Assembly (NCBI GenBank): GCA_045651105.1
Contig: JAZRRW010000067.1
Span: 1 to 59,493 of the forward strand
Direction: 5' to 3'
DNA from: Lachnospiraceae bacterium
GTDB lineage: Bacteria > Bacillota > Clostridia > Lachnospirales > Lachnospiraceae
Length of the DNA stretch: 59,493 nucleotides
Below the pieces are notes generated by a model, which saw nothing but the letters and a program-made list of their open reading frames with translations, searched no databases and had not been told where the DNA came from. The translations under genes were made by a program, and so were the position numbers. Shown piece after piece: positions 1 through 9,468 of the stretch. Position 1 is the first letter of the stretch, and each line of letters starts with the position of its first letter.

Positions 1-82
1 CCCCCTTTTGTAAATGTGCAATTTCTAATATTTCGCAGGCCGCCTGATAGCCCTCCTGCTCTAATTTTATTAATAATTCCAT
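1..82 (-). CDS. Partial CDS (N-terminal 27 aa, runs off the window): hypothetical protein, possibly UPF0340/TIGR01440-like
   Basis: ATG at 82..80 is preceded by GGAGGAAAAAT. The translation MELLIKLEQEGYQAACEILEIAHLQKG stays open to the window edge. The family guess comes from the N-terminal pattern only. Confidence 0.35.
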   Translation of the reverse strand, partial: MELLIKLEQEGYQAACEILEIAHLQKG

Positions 83-279
83 ATTTTTCCTCCGTATGTA
101 CTTAACATGCCTTAATTATAGCATATTTCATGAATTATAGCGAATAATTTTATACATATTTACACTTTACAAATTCCTCTCCGGATGGTAATGTAGTATT
201 TGATACTACATATAACAGTTGTTACCGACATATACTATATTTATTTGAGATATATCGACATCCATCAAGGAGGATTCAC

Positions 280-1110
280 ATGAAAATAGTTACCGATTCA
301 GCCTCATTATATTCCCCACAGGAAGGACTGGAACTAGGCTTTACTGTCATTCCGGCCTGCGTTATTCATAACGAACAATCTTACAAGGATTTTGAGGATA
401 TTACCAGCGAAGACTTTTTAGATATAGTAAGCAGAGGAGATATTCCTACCTCTTCCCAGCCTTCCATTGGAGATGTGCTGGAGGTACTGGAAGCGTCTGA
501 TGAAGAGATTTTGTATCTTTCCATTGGCGATGGGCTTTCCGGTGCCTACCAGAATGCCATGGGTGCCAAAAACACACTGGACTCAAGTGAACATGTACAT
601 ATTGTTGACACCAAGACCCTTGCCGGTCCGGAGCGCTATCTGGTACAAAAAGCATTGCAATTAAGGGATGCCGGCTTTCATATTGCCAAAATAAAAGCGG
701 AGCTCCAAAAGTGTATCGCCACCTCTGCCTCCTTTGTCATCCCTGCTGACTTTGACTTCCTAAAAAGAAGCGGCAGACTGACTCCTATTGCAGCCAAAAT
801 CGGTGGCTTAATTAAAATCGTTCCGGTTTTGACCCAGACGGAGGATATGCGCAGAATTACCCCTTTTGCCATAAAGCGTTCCTGGAAAACAGCAGTGGAA
901 TCAATCATCAAGCATTTTCATGCCCTTGGCATCAATGAAAACTATATTATTAGTATTTCCCATGCCGGTGCACAGGAAAAGGCCAAGGAAATACTGCATC
1001 AGATTAAAGAGCACTTTCACAATGCAACCTTTGAGCTCTTTCAACTGTCCCCGACCCTGATTACCCACGGCGGCCCGGGCTGCGTGGTAATACAGGTTAT
1101 TATGAAATAG
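280..1110 (+). CDS. DegV family fatty-acid-binding protein
   Basis: 276 aa. Begins MKIVTDSASLYSP and contains PTSSQPSIGD and HGGPG motifs typical of DegV. AGGAGG RBS lies upstream. Confidence 0.9.
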   Translation: MKIVTDSASLYSPQEGLELGFTVIPACVIHNEQSYKDFEDITSEDFLDIVSRGDIPTSSQPSIGDVLEVLEASDEEILYLSIGDGLSGAYQNAMGAKNTLDSSEHVHIVDTKTLAGPERYLVQKALQLRDAGFHIAKIKAELQKCIATSASFVIPADFDFLKRSGRLTPIAAKIGGLIKIVPVLTQTEDMRRITPFAIKRSWKTAVESIIKHFHALGINENYIISISHAGAQEKAKEILHQIKEHFHNATFELFQLSPTLITHGGPGCVVIQVIMK

Positions 1111-1115
1111 TGTTT

Positions 1116-1157
1116 AAAGCACCCTGAACATCTTCTTATAGATGTTTAAGGTGCTTT
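1116..1157. terminator. Bidirectional intrinsic-terminator hairpin between convergent genes
   Basis: aaagcaccctgaacatct / agatgtttaaggtgcttt forms a long imperfect stem, followed by a T-rich tract on the plus strand. Confidence 0.6.
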
Positions 1158-1185
1158 ATTTGTTATAACTTCAATATTACTCTCT

Positions 1186-1872
1186 TTATCGCTTTGCGAA
1201 ATCAAACCTTTCCGGACAATAAAATATCAAAATTTCAACCGCTGTATCCTTCCCCTCTTCTTTATAAACATTGCAGGACACATAATAATCCCCCAGCATG
1301 AAACCTCTGATATGGGTGTCCAGAAGTCTTACCTCTCCTGTCGCAAAATGAGCCAGTCCTATTCCATAACTTCCGGCTATGTCCACGTCCTCAAACAGAC
1401 TGTTCAGACAATCCCTACAGTAATACTCTGCGGCCTTACCCATGTCTACTACCTTCTCCGGCACTATTTTGGCCCTTGCATACCCCCTGTCCGCATTGAC
1501 CATTAAAGACATTTTAAAATCACCTGTAAGTTCAACCGTGTCACTGCTTAAATACCCTGCAGACTCCTCAATAGGCTGACCGGAGGCATCATACCGATTA
1601 ATTGCAACGTGAACGAGCTCACCACTGCTGACCAGAATAATACCCAGATTATCCTCAGTCCTCTCTGCGTAGGTAATATTTCCGCATAACTGACAATCCT
1701 CTTTAGACACTGCTGATGTGAACGACCATTCCCGTTCTCCCTGCTCTTGTTGCTTAGACTGCCCGGATGCGCTTTCCTTTACAAACCACCATATTCCGAA
1801 GCATGCTGCTAACAGCACTGCCCAAATACTACAAATTATAAAACCTTTTACCAAATAATCTCTTTTTTTCAT
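1186..1872 (-). CDS. Hypothetical membrane-anchored protein with two CxxC pairs
   Basis: 228 aa. N-terminal TM helix (FIICSIWAVLLAACFGIWWF), then CQLC and CRDC motifs. No family recognised. Confidence 0.55.
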   Translation of the reverse strand: MKKRDYLVKGFIICSIWAVLLAACFGIWWFVKESASGQSKQQEQGEREWSFTSAVSKEDCQLCGNITYAERTEDNLGIILVSSGELVHVAINRYDASGQPIEESAGYLSSDTVELTGDFKMSLMVNADRGYARAKIVPEKVVDMGKAAEYYCRDCLNSLFEDVDIAGSYGIGLAHFATGEVRLLDTHIRGFMLGDYYVSCNVYKEEGKDTAVEILIFYCPERFDFAKR

Positions 1873-2051
1873 ACCTTCCCTTTTACAACTTTACCTCTTT
1901 AATTTATTGTCACTTTTCACTAATTTCTTGACCTGTATCGCGGTCATGATTTGTTCTAATATACCATATATTGTCACCAATTGCAAGCACAACAAAAAAC
2001 AGGATACAAAAAATGAGTAAGCAGCATTACACCACTCACTCATTCACATTT

Positions 2052-2639
2052 TTATATCTCGATCACCCATTTTTCATAGGCATTTATTACAGTAGTCTCT
2101 ATATACTGTTGCTCTCTTTTGACCTTTCCGCCATAGTTCATGTGAACATGGCCATGAAGGAAATACTTTGGCTTATACTTTTCCATCAAATCATTAAATG
2201 CCTGAAAGCCCTGATGAGGCAAATCCTCCAAATCCCCCAATCCCTTAGCAGGGGCATGGGTCAGTAAAATGTCAAAGCCGCCCTTTTTTCTAAGTGTCCA
2301 GGTCAGCTTGCGGACGCGTTTTAGCATCTCCTTTTCTGTATACATATTATCGCCGGGCTTATAGCGCATGGAGCCCCCAAGCCCCAGAATACGTATGCCA
2401 TTGTATTCGTAAATTTGGTCCTCAATGCAGATACAGCCCTCAGGTGGCTTCTTGTCGTAGTGGTCGTGATTACCGTGCACGTACAAAAGCGGCCCCTTTG
2501 CAAAGGTTACCAAAAATGACAAATAGGCTGCGGGCAGGTCCCCACAGGACAATATCAAGTCATACTCTTCTATTTTTTCTCTTTCAAAAAAGTCCCATAA
2601 CCATTTGCTTGGTTCATCCGACAACACTAATATCTTCAT
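2052..2639 (-). CDS. Metallophosphoesterase (calcineurin-like, YfcE-type)
   Basis: 195 aa. Contains MKILVLSD, SCGD, VHGNHD and LHGHVH metal-ligand motifs. Confidence 0.85.
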   Translation of the reverse strand: MKILVLSDEPSKWLWDFFEREKIEEYDLILSCGDLPAAYLSFLVTFAKGPLLYVHGNHDHYDKKPPEGCICIEDQIYEYNGIRILGLGGSMRYKPGDNMYTEKEMLKRVRKLTWTLRKKGGFDILLTHAPAKGLGDLEDLPHQGFQAFNDLMEKYKPKYFLHGHVHMNYGGKVKREQQYIETTVINAYEKWVIEI

Positions 2640-2657
2640 TTTGTCCCTCTTTTGTCT

Positions 2658-4592
2658 TTATGTATCCATTTCGCCTACCACCGGTGTCACTTCTTCCTGA
2701 AGCGCCAGAAGTGTTTTTGCTTCCTCTGTCAGATTTTCGAAAAGCGGTCTTTTGCCCACCACATTTTCCACAAACCAGTCCATAGTAATTATCTGCTCCG
2801 GTGACAGTCCGCTGTCCTCATCGCCTATAACAGTACCATCCTGCAAAGTAATTTCTCCCTGGAAAGGATGAAATTCCTCCGTAAAAATCTGCTTGCGCAT
2901 AGTCTCCACCAAAATGCGGGTGTTTACAGGCAAATGATCAGAAATAATCAAATCAACAATATCACTGGAAATGCCCCACCAATAATTGAGAGCCTTACTT
3001 TTGTTCCAGTTGCCTGCCTGGATTTCGCGGACAATTTTTTCATAAAATTTGCCCCAGTTCCACATAGGTACGGTCAACTGCAGGTTGTCATCCCCCTGCA
3101 TCAGGTACAGACCGTACTTTCTGTATTCATTGGACAAGCGTATCATGTCCGTATCAGAAACTAACCTGATATCATGCTCTTTAATCATCCGATTTAAATC
3201 AGAAGTCTTATCGGAAAGCCAGTGCACATACACCTTTACTCTGGGATTTGTCATCCTCGCTCCCAACGCAAAGGCATTCACATTGGCAAAAGCTCCGTAA
3301 ATCGGAATATCGGCACAGTACGCCACCTTATCATTTGGTGTCATAATACCGGCCACCATACCACACAAAAACTTAGCCTCATACATTCTGCCGTAATAAG
3401 TTCCGATTGCATTATAAGAACGATTGATAGAACAATTTAAAATCCTTACAGCCGGGTAATCCAGTGCGGTCTTCAGGCTGGCACCCAGAAACTTCTGATT
3501 GGCAGTAAAAATAATATCATTGCCGTCCTTTACAGCCTGCTCCAACAGCTCCGCCGTGTCCTTGCCGCTGCCCTCTAAGAAATAGCTCTTTGTCTCAATC
3601 TTGCCCTCAAAAACCGCCTCCAGATGCGCTCGCCCCAGCTCATGACCATAGGTCCAGCTGGATTGCTCTGCCGGTCTGTCATGCAAAAAGGCCACCTTGG
3701 TTACCTTACTTTCCAAAATATTACCGGAAAGAGACTTTAACATATTAATCAGACTGGTGTCAGAGCTCTCCTCGGGCTCCATAACCAATGCTTCCTCCGG
3801 TGCACGGTTTAACATAGGCAGCTCGTTCCAAATGCGGTCCACGTCATTTCTCAGCTGTTCCTCCGGTATGTTAATAATCTCCTCATAAGAATACAAGGAC
3901 AAATAAAACAAGAAAGCATCTCCACTTGTTACAGGCAGGTTCTTGCCGCCCTTTTCGTAGAACTTTTTCTGAAACCTATAAAATGCAGAAGAAAAATCCA
4001 TTCTGTCTTCTTCTGTCCATATTTCATCAGGCTCCTTGCCTACTGCTCTGGTCAATGCCTCAAAACTGCCCTCCTTGGTAAACCACAGAGAATTAATTTT
4101 GCTGCATTTATAGAACTGCATAAATTCGTAATAAATTTTGTTTTCCAGAGAATTATTTTTCTTTGGAATGACACGAATTACTTCGCCTTCTATACTGGAC
4201 GCATCCAGAAATTTAAATACACTGACACGCTTATTGCCTTCCTGCACATAAAATCTGTTCAGGAACTCATATACTACAATAGGGTCTGTATTGCCCTCTT
4301 CCGTCTGATATCTATATAAATTACACCATTTATCCGCAAACTCAGTCTTTGGCTTCATAAGCGGCATAAAATTCACCGCGAATGCATTCTGCCTGCCGGC
4401 TGTCTTGGTACCCACAATCTTTTCTAACGGGATATCCACCAACCCCAGCTTTTCTTCCATTAAAATATCCACTCTGTCCAGAATGTCGTCTAACACAGGA
4501 ATGTACGGATACTTTCCTCTGGATAATGCGTTACGATATGCTTTTTCACCAAGCTTTAAAGCCTGTTCATATGCCTGTAAATCCATATACAC
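2658..4592 (-). CDS. BMP/PnrA-family nucleoside-binding-like domain protein with a long non-BMP N-terminal region (tentatively ParB/Srx-like)
   Basis: 644 aa with no signal peptide. The C-terminal half (VRILNCSINRSYN, GMVAGIMTPNDKVAYCADIPIYG, ALGARMTNP) resembles the basic membrane protein family. The N-terminal YEFLNRFYVQEGNKRVSV resembles a ParB/sulfiredoxin-fold motif. Confidence 0.65.
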   Translation of the reverse strand: MYMDLQAYEQALKLGEKAYRNALSRGKYPYIPVLDDILDRVDILMEEKLGLVDIPLEKIVGTKTAGRQNAFAVNFMPLMKPKTEFADKWCNLYRYQTEEGNTDPIVVYEFLNRFYVQEGNKRVSVFKFLDASSIEGEVIRVIPKKNNSLENKIYYEFMQFYKCSKINSLWFTKEGSFEALTRAVGKEPDEIWTEEDRMDFSSAFYRFQKKFYEKGGKNLPVTSGDAFLFYLSLYSYEEIINIPEEQLRNDVDRIWNELPMLNRAPEEALVMEPEESSDTSLINMLKSLSGNILESKVTKVAFLHDRPAEQSSWTYGHELGRAHLEAVFEGKIETKSYFLEGSGKDTAELLEQAVKDGNDIIFTANQKFLGASLKTALDYPAVRILNCSINRSYNAIGTYYGRMYEAKFLCGMVAGIMTPNDKVAYCADIPIYGAFANVNAFALGARMTNPRVKVYVHWLSDKTSDLNRMIKEHDIRLVSDTDMIRLSNEYRKYGLYLMQGDDNLQLTVPMWNWGKFYEKIVREIQAGNWNKSKALNYWWGISSDIVDLIISDHLPVNTRILVETMRKQIFTEEFHPFQGEITLQDGTVIGDEDSGLSPEQIITMDWFVENVVGKRPLFENLTEEAKTLLALQEEVTPVVGEMDT

Positions 4593-4617
4593 CTCAACTC
4601 ACTCTACAATTTAACAA

Positions 4618-5907
4618 TTACTCCAGCTTCCCCTTGGCAGGCTGTACCTCCATGCTCATGATTTGATGATACAAATCTCTCAAAACCTCTACCGAAAAAG
4701 GCTCATTTGTTTTGCGCAAAATACCGTGCTTTGCGGCCATCTCGTTGGTATAGTCCTCCAGCATATATACACCAAACTCCATGGTGCCGTAATTCCAGTG
4801 GGCCACCAAAGGTTCCAACGTATAGTCTTTAATACGAAAATCCTTTCCATCCTCATGAACATGCATTTCTATGGTAATGCGGGCCATGCCGCCCAGCAGC
4901 CTTGGTATCCGGTCCTGGGTAGAGACAAAATTGCCCACAGAATAATATACCAGCATTTCATGACCGTCCTCGCCGGTCAACATGGTATAAGGCTCCAATA
5001 CATGTGGATGGGCATTAATAGCAATATCTACACCCTGCTCTAAAAGAAAGTCCACCCATTGCTTGGACTGTTCACTTGGCTCATACACATATTCATTCCC
5101 TACATGCAAAAATACCACCACCAAATCGGCAAGCTCTTTTGCCTTAGCAATATCCCTGGTCATCTTTTCCTTGTCCAGCAAATTCACCAGATACGGTTCC
5201 TCAGCGGGCATAGGGAGACCATTTAGGCCATAGGTGTAATTGAGCATGGCAAAACGAATGCCCTTACACTCTACCACATCAATTTTGTCCTGGTCCTCTT
5301 CACTCTCGTTAATGCCAAGCACCGTAATCTCCGGATGCTTCTCCTTCCAGAAATTCAGGGTATCCCAGACCCCCTCAGCCCCTTTGTCTACGGTGTGATT
5401 ACTGGCATGTAGCACCACATCAAACCCGGTCCGTACCAGGGAATCTCCGATTTCCGGTGGAGAACCAAATCTGGGGTAAGCACTGATTTTGCTGCGGTCG
5501 TTAATAAAAATAGTTTCCTGATTGATAATAGCCAAATCCGCTGCTTCCACCTCATCCCGTACATTGGCATACACGTGGTCATAATTCCACTCGCCGTCAG
5601 CTTTCATGCCTGTCTTGTATAATCCTTCATGTATCAGATTGTCCCCTACCGCCAAAAGCTCCACCGTTACAAAGGATTCCTGAAACTCCTCGGTGGTCTC
5701 TATAACCTCTGTAACTTCTGTATTCAATATTGTCTCAGGCTCTGCTACTGCCTCTATCCCCACAGTACTGCTCTCTCCGGAGGAACTATCCGTCAGAACA
5801 CTGCAGCCTGTGCATAAAGCAAACATCCCCAGTACAATGAATCCCACTTGTACCTTACGTAATATATATATTTTCATAAGTAGTATACCTACCTGCGTTT
5901 CCTGCAC
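4618..5907 (-). CDS. CapA/PGA_cap family metallophosphatase-fold protein, signal/lipoprotein-like N-terminus
   Basis: LLAVGDNLIHE, HASNHTVDKG and VFLHVGNEY motifs. Hydrophobic leader ends in LCTGC. The start may instead be the ATG at 5877 (MKIYILRK). Confidence 0.8.
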   Translation of the reverse strand: MQETQVGILLMKIYILRKVQVGFIVLGMFALCTGCSVLTDSSSGESSTVGIEAVAEPETILNTEVTEVIETTEEFQESFVTVELLAVGDNLIHEGLYKTGMKADGEWNYDHVYANVRDEVEAADLAIINQETIFINDRSKISAYPRFGSPPEIGDSLVRTGFDVVLHASNHTVDKGAEGVWDTLNFWKEKHPEITVLGINESEEDQDKIDVVECKGIRFAMLNYTYGLNGLPMPAEEPYLVNLLDKEKMTRDIAKAKELADLVVVFLHVGNEYVYEPSEQSKQWVDFLLEQGVDIAINAHPHVLEPYTMLTGEDGHEMLVYYSVGNFVSTQDRIPRLLGGMARITIEMHVHEDGKDFRIKDYTLEPLVAHWNYGTMEFGVYMLEDYTNEMAAKHGILRKTNEPFSVEVLRDLYHQIMSMEVQPAKGKLE

Positions 5908-7847
5908 CTTTTCTTTATAATAGCCATCACAAGCTTCTTTACCAGTAAAATTATTACAACTAAAATCAGTATAACAACCAAAATCACTCCGATTATCATA
6001 AAGAAAAATTTATTTGGATTCTTCATCAAATCCCAGAGGTTTTTGCTGTCCTCTACTACCTTGCGACCTTCCGCTGTGCCATACTTAGCCGGTACATTTG
6101 GCGTGCCGTCACCGTCTGTATCCTCAAAGGAGGTCATGTACTCTGCAATGGCAACCCATGCCTTCAGCTCCTGACCGTCTGCGGTAATCACTGCGTCTTC
6201 ATAGTTGGTTATCGGTGTACCGTCTGCAAACTTCGGTACAATAGACAAGAGACCATAAGACATATCGGTCACACCACCCAACATCTGTGAAGAATAAAAG
6301 TCAGTGACCACACGATATAGCTGGTCGTCCATTAGCTCCACGCGTTCCTCGCTGCCATTTATCAAAAATACATCCGTAACCTTATTTAAAATCATACGAT
6401 TTGGATTATAATGCCAGTATAAGCCATCCGTATATAATCTGGCCGTGGTCATTAAATCAGAGATGCTGGCATCGATTTCCGCTACTGTTTTTAACTCTGC
6501 ACCGGTCAGATATACACTAATCAACGGATAACCCGGAATACCATCGGCTCCAATTCCCAAAGAGAAGGAATTAAATACATTTTCTGTGGTGATATGACCC
6601 TTTGCATAGGTATCACGAATGGTGCCTGCAGGCACTACTGCCACATCTACCGGATGGGTATCCTTGGTGTCAAACTTTTCCACCGCATATGTATAGGCAT
6701 CTGCCATAATACTGCCCAGATTTACCTCCGTATGCAATGCACCGGTATCAGAACTATCCGCAAATGCAATATCATTGGTAGCCAGAATCTGATCCTTGGT
6801 AAAGCCAAATTGCTCCAGATATTTACTGTCCACCATGTCCATCAGCGCATCCACCTTGGCCTGCGTAGCAGCGTCCGGTTCAATAGAGGTATCCACGGTA
6901 ATAAGCTCGTAGGTGTCCATGTTCCAACGACCGCCACTCTTTTGCGTCATAGTCAGGCTGCCCAAATATTTACCGTACTCTGCTGCAGAAACAATATAGG
7001 TATCCCCATGAACAATGGGCTCCTCCAGCTTGGTATGGGTGTGACCACTGATAATCAAATCCAGCTCCGGCACACTTTTTGCCAGAATTTCATCCTCAGA
7101 CTTGTCCTCATCTGCCCAGGTGCCGCTGTGAGACACGCAGACAATCATATCTACCTCTTCCTTGGTCTGAATTGCTGCAACGGTTTCCTTCACTGCTTCC
7201 ACCGGGTTCTCAAAATCCAGAGGACAGTTCGGCACACAATCCAGACAATCCTCACCAAACACACCGGTGATGGCAATCTGCACACCATTCTTCTCTACGA
7301 CAATATATTCCTCAACACCATAGTTCCGGAAGGCAGCCTGCAAAAGCTCCTGGTCCTCTGTGAGCCCTTTGGCCTCCATGCCTTCCCAGTCCACATTACA
7401 AACCACCATAGCCGGAAGCGCATCACCACTTGCTACTGCGTTGTTCATCATATTGGCAAGCCCTGCCGCCTTATAATCAAACTCATGATTTCCCAAGGTT
7501 GTGGCATCAAAACCCAGCTCGCCCAACATTCGGATTTCAGAAGCTTCCTCTTCAAAAACCACCTGAATCAGTGTGCCCATGGAGAAATCACCGGCATCCA
7601 ACAGTAACGCATCCGGGTTCTTGGCCTTTTTCTCATTAATCAAGGTCTGAATCTTGGCAAAGCCGCCTAAGACACGAGACTCACCATTCTCCACAGTGGC
7701 AAACTCATTCAAATGTGAGTGGGTGTCATGCAGAAACATCACATCTACACGCTTTGGCTCCGCCTCTGCTGTCACATGACTGCTCCATATTCCCCCAAAC
7801 AGCACGCTTCCTATTACAAGTCCTAATGTTAATAATTTTTTCCTCAT
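5889..7847 (-). CDS. Bifunctional metallophosphatase/5'-nucleotidase, secreted, with a C-terminal TM anchor
   Basis: DVMFLHDTHSH, LLLDAGDFSMGT and GNHEFDY motifs. Signal peptide MRKKLLTLGLVIGS. C-terminal hydrophobic helix followed by KKRCRKRR. Start chosen at M15 with a GAAAGGA RBS. Confidence 0.9.
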   Translation of the reverse strand: MRKKLLTLGLVIGSVLFGGIWSSHVTAEAEPKRVDVMFLHDTHSHLNEFATVENGESRVLGGFAKIQTLINEKKAKNPDALLLDAGDFSMGTLIQVVFEEEASEIRMLGELGFDATTLGNHEFDYKAAGLANMMNNAVASGDALPAMVVCNVDWEGMEAKGLTEDQELLQAAFRNYGVEEYIVVEKNGVQIAITGVFGEDCLDCVPNCPLDFENPVEAVKETVAAIQTKEEVDMIVCVSHSGTWADEDKSEDEILAKSVPELDLIISGHTHTKLEEPIVHGDTYIVSAAEYGKYLGSLTMTQKSGGRWNMDTYELITVDTSIEPDAATQAKVDALMDMVDSKYLEQFGFTKDQILATNDIAFADSSDTGALHTEVNLGSIMADAYTYAVEKFDTKDTHPVDVAVVPAGTIRDTYAKGHITTENVFNSFSLGIGADGIPGYPLISVYLTGAELKTVAEIDASISDLMTTARLYTDGLYWHYNPNRMILNKVTDVFLINGSEERVELMDDQLYRVVTDFYSSQMLGGVTDMSYGLLSIVPKFADGTPITNYEDAVITADGQELKAWVAIAEYMTSFEDTDGDGTPNVPAKYGTAEGRKVVEDSKNLWDLMKNPNKFFFMIIGVILVVILILVVIILLVKKLVMAIIKKRCRKRR

Positions 7848-8092
7848 GATTGTTCCTTTCGATATATCATTTGCTTCGTTCATAACCATAATTAGTAAAA
7901 ATAATTTTCAGGTATATTTTACCCAATTTTCAGGAAAATGTAAAGGCATAGTGCATAAAATCCGGCTCGAAGGATTACACTATCATCTTTTGTAATTATT
8001 TTGACTTATTCTGCACAATATGTTATTATATGAACACTTAATGCATTCGAGCAGACTGATTTCATTACACTTATTTTCAAAGGATTCTTTTT

Positions 8093-8821
8093 ATGAAACT
8101 GATTATTATAAGACATGCAGACCCGGACTATTCCATCGACTCCCTCACGCCTACCGGCTGGAAGGAAGCCGGATTATTGTCCGAGCGTATTTCCAAATTA
8201 GACATAAAAGCTTTTTATACCTCACCTTTAGGCAGGGCCAAGGACACTGCTTCCCTTACCCTGCAAAAAATGGGTCGTGAAGCTACGGAGTGCACCTGGC
8301 TCAGAGAGTTCAATTGTAAAATTCCTCGTCCGGACCAGGCCGTAGACAAAATTCCATGGGACTGGCTGCCGGCAGACTGGACGGCTGTTCCTGATTATTT
8401 TGATAAAAATAAATGGTATGACACAGATGTCATGAAGGCCGGTCACGTCAAAGAAGAATATGACTGGGTAACCTCCGAGCTTGACAAGCTCCTCGCTTGC
8501 CATGGCTACGTGCGTGAAAATGATTACTATCGTGCCAAACAAGCAAACAACGATACCATTGTGCTTTTCTGCCATTTCGGACTGGAATGTGTACTCTTAA
8601 GCCACCTAATCAATGTATCTCCAATGATACTTTGGCACGGCATGTGCGCTGCCCCATCCAGCGTCACCACCCTCGTTACCGAGGAAAGACGCCAGGGCTA
8701 TGCCTACTTTAGAATGTCCTCCTTTGGCGATATTTCACATTTATATGCGGCCGGTGAGGAACCATCCTTTGCCGCAAGGTTCTGTGAGATTTATGATAAT
8801 TGGGATGAGAGGCATGATTAA
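8093..8821 (+). CDS. Histidine phosphatase (phosphoglycerate mutase) family protein
   Basis: 242 aa. MKLIIIRHADPD (RHG-type motif) and the overall length fit the family. Confidence 0.85.
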   Translation: MKLIIIRHADPDYSIDSLTPTGWKEAGLLSERISKLDIKAFYTSPLGRAKDTASLTLQKMGREATECTWLREFNCKIPRPDQAVDKIPWDWLPADWTAVPDYFDKNKWYDTDVMKAGHVKEEYDWVTSELDKLLACHGYVRENDYYRAKQANNDTIVLFCHFGLECVLLSHLINVSPMILWHGMCAAPSSVTTLVTEERRQGYAYFRMSSFGDISHLYAAGEEPSFAARFCEIYDNWDERHD

Positions 8822-8867
8822 ATTTATTATTCCTTTACTTACCTAATGCAAACAAAAAATTTCATTT

Positions 8868-8885
8868 TGGACGATATATCGTCCA
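8868..8885 (+). terminator. Short perfect palindrome, possible terminator of the histidine phosphatase gene
   Basis: tggacgatatatcgtcca is followed by a T-rich sequence. Confidence 0.35.
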
Positions 8886-8997
8886 CATTCCATTTTTATA
8901 TGGTGTACAATTATTTTACAGTTTAATAGGTCTTTACACCAGTCGCCCCATTTGGTACAATACTAATGTATAAGTATTGAATGGGAGGTAGTAAAGG

Positions 8998-9165
8998 ATG
9001 ATGGAAGAAATGGGAATGACTAACGAGCAGTATAAAGGTATATTACTTGATGAATTAGAAGACTGGCAGGAAGTGCTGGAGCTCGCAGAAGCTGATCATA
9101 ATGAAAAAATCATCAAAAAAGCCCAGAAACAAATTAACAAAATTAATGAAAAATTGAAATTTTAA
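8998..9165 (+). CDS. Small charged helical protein (55 aa), hypothetical
   Basis: Below the ORF-track length cutoff. GGGAGG RBS lies 8 nt upstream. Upstream TTTACA-N17-TACAAT promoter. Translation MMEEMGMTNEQYKGILLDELEDWQEVLELAEADHNEKIIKKAQKQINKINEKLKF. Confidence 0.5.
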   Translation: MMEEMGMTNEQYKGILLDELEDWQEVLELAEADHNEKIIKKAQKQINKINEKLKF

Positions 9166-9225
9166 TGCATAACGTAACTTGTTGTTAACGTGTAAGGACC
9201 TGTTAAATTGCAAAGCACCTCACAC

Positions 9226-9261
9226 AGGGGCATTGTGACTCATACAAATCACAATGCCCCT
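9226..9261. terminator. Strong hairpin, probable shared terminator of the convergent small gene (+) and the long BMC operon (-)
   Basis: aggggcattgtga / tcacaatgcccct forms a perfect 13-bp stem with a 10-nt loop. Confidence 0.55.
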
Positions 9262-9276
9262 GTTGGACAGGATGCT

Positions 9277-9441
9277 TTAATAACTGCTGCCCGGTCTGGA
9301 GGCGCAGCCACCCTGTGTAATAGAAGAACCATAGTATACCACCGGCTTCTCAATGCGGTAGGCCGGTGCCGCCTTTAAAGCAGCGCCCTCCTTTAAACCA
9401 AGATAAAATTTCAGAGATGTCCCTGCCTGTCCTTTTATCGT
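9277..9441 (-). pseudogene. Internal remnant of an SGNH/GDSL-type hydrolase gene
   Basis: A minus-strand frame with no start codon is open for about 54 codons. It reads ...LKFYLGLKEGAALKAAPAYRIEKPVVYYGSSITQGGCASRPGSSY*, and YGSSITQG is the catalytic-serine block of SGNH esterases. The length is far too short for a full enzyme. Confidence 0.4.
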
Positions 9442-9468
9442 TCATGCTATCGTACCTCAAAGGTAGAT

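Noticed and set aside
6594-7607. 337-aa plus-strand ORF
   Set aside because: It lies entirely antisense to the well-supported 5'-nucleotidase gene. Its translation is low-complexity with no recognisable motifs or RBS, so it is a shadow ORF.
9280-9330. Sequence superficially resembling a cobalamin-riboswitch B12 box (gcccggtctggaggcgcagccaccctgtg)
   Set aside because: Only partial motif resemblance, with no surrounding conserved riboswitch elements. The segment is better explained as coding remnant (YYGSSITQGGCASRPG) of an SGNH hydrolase.
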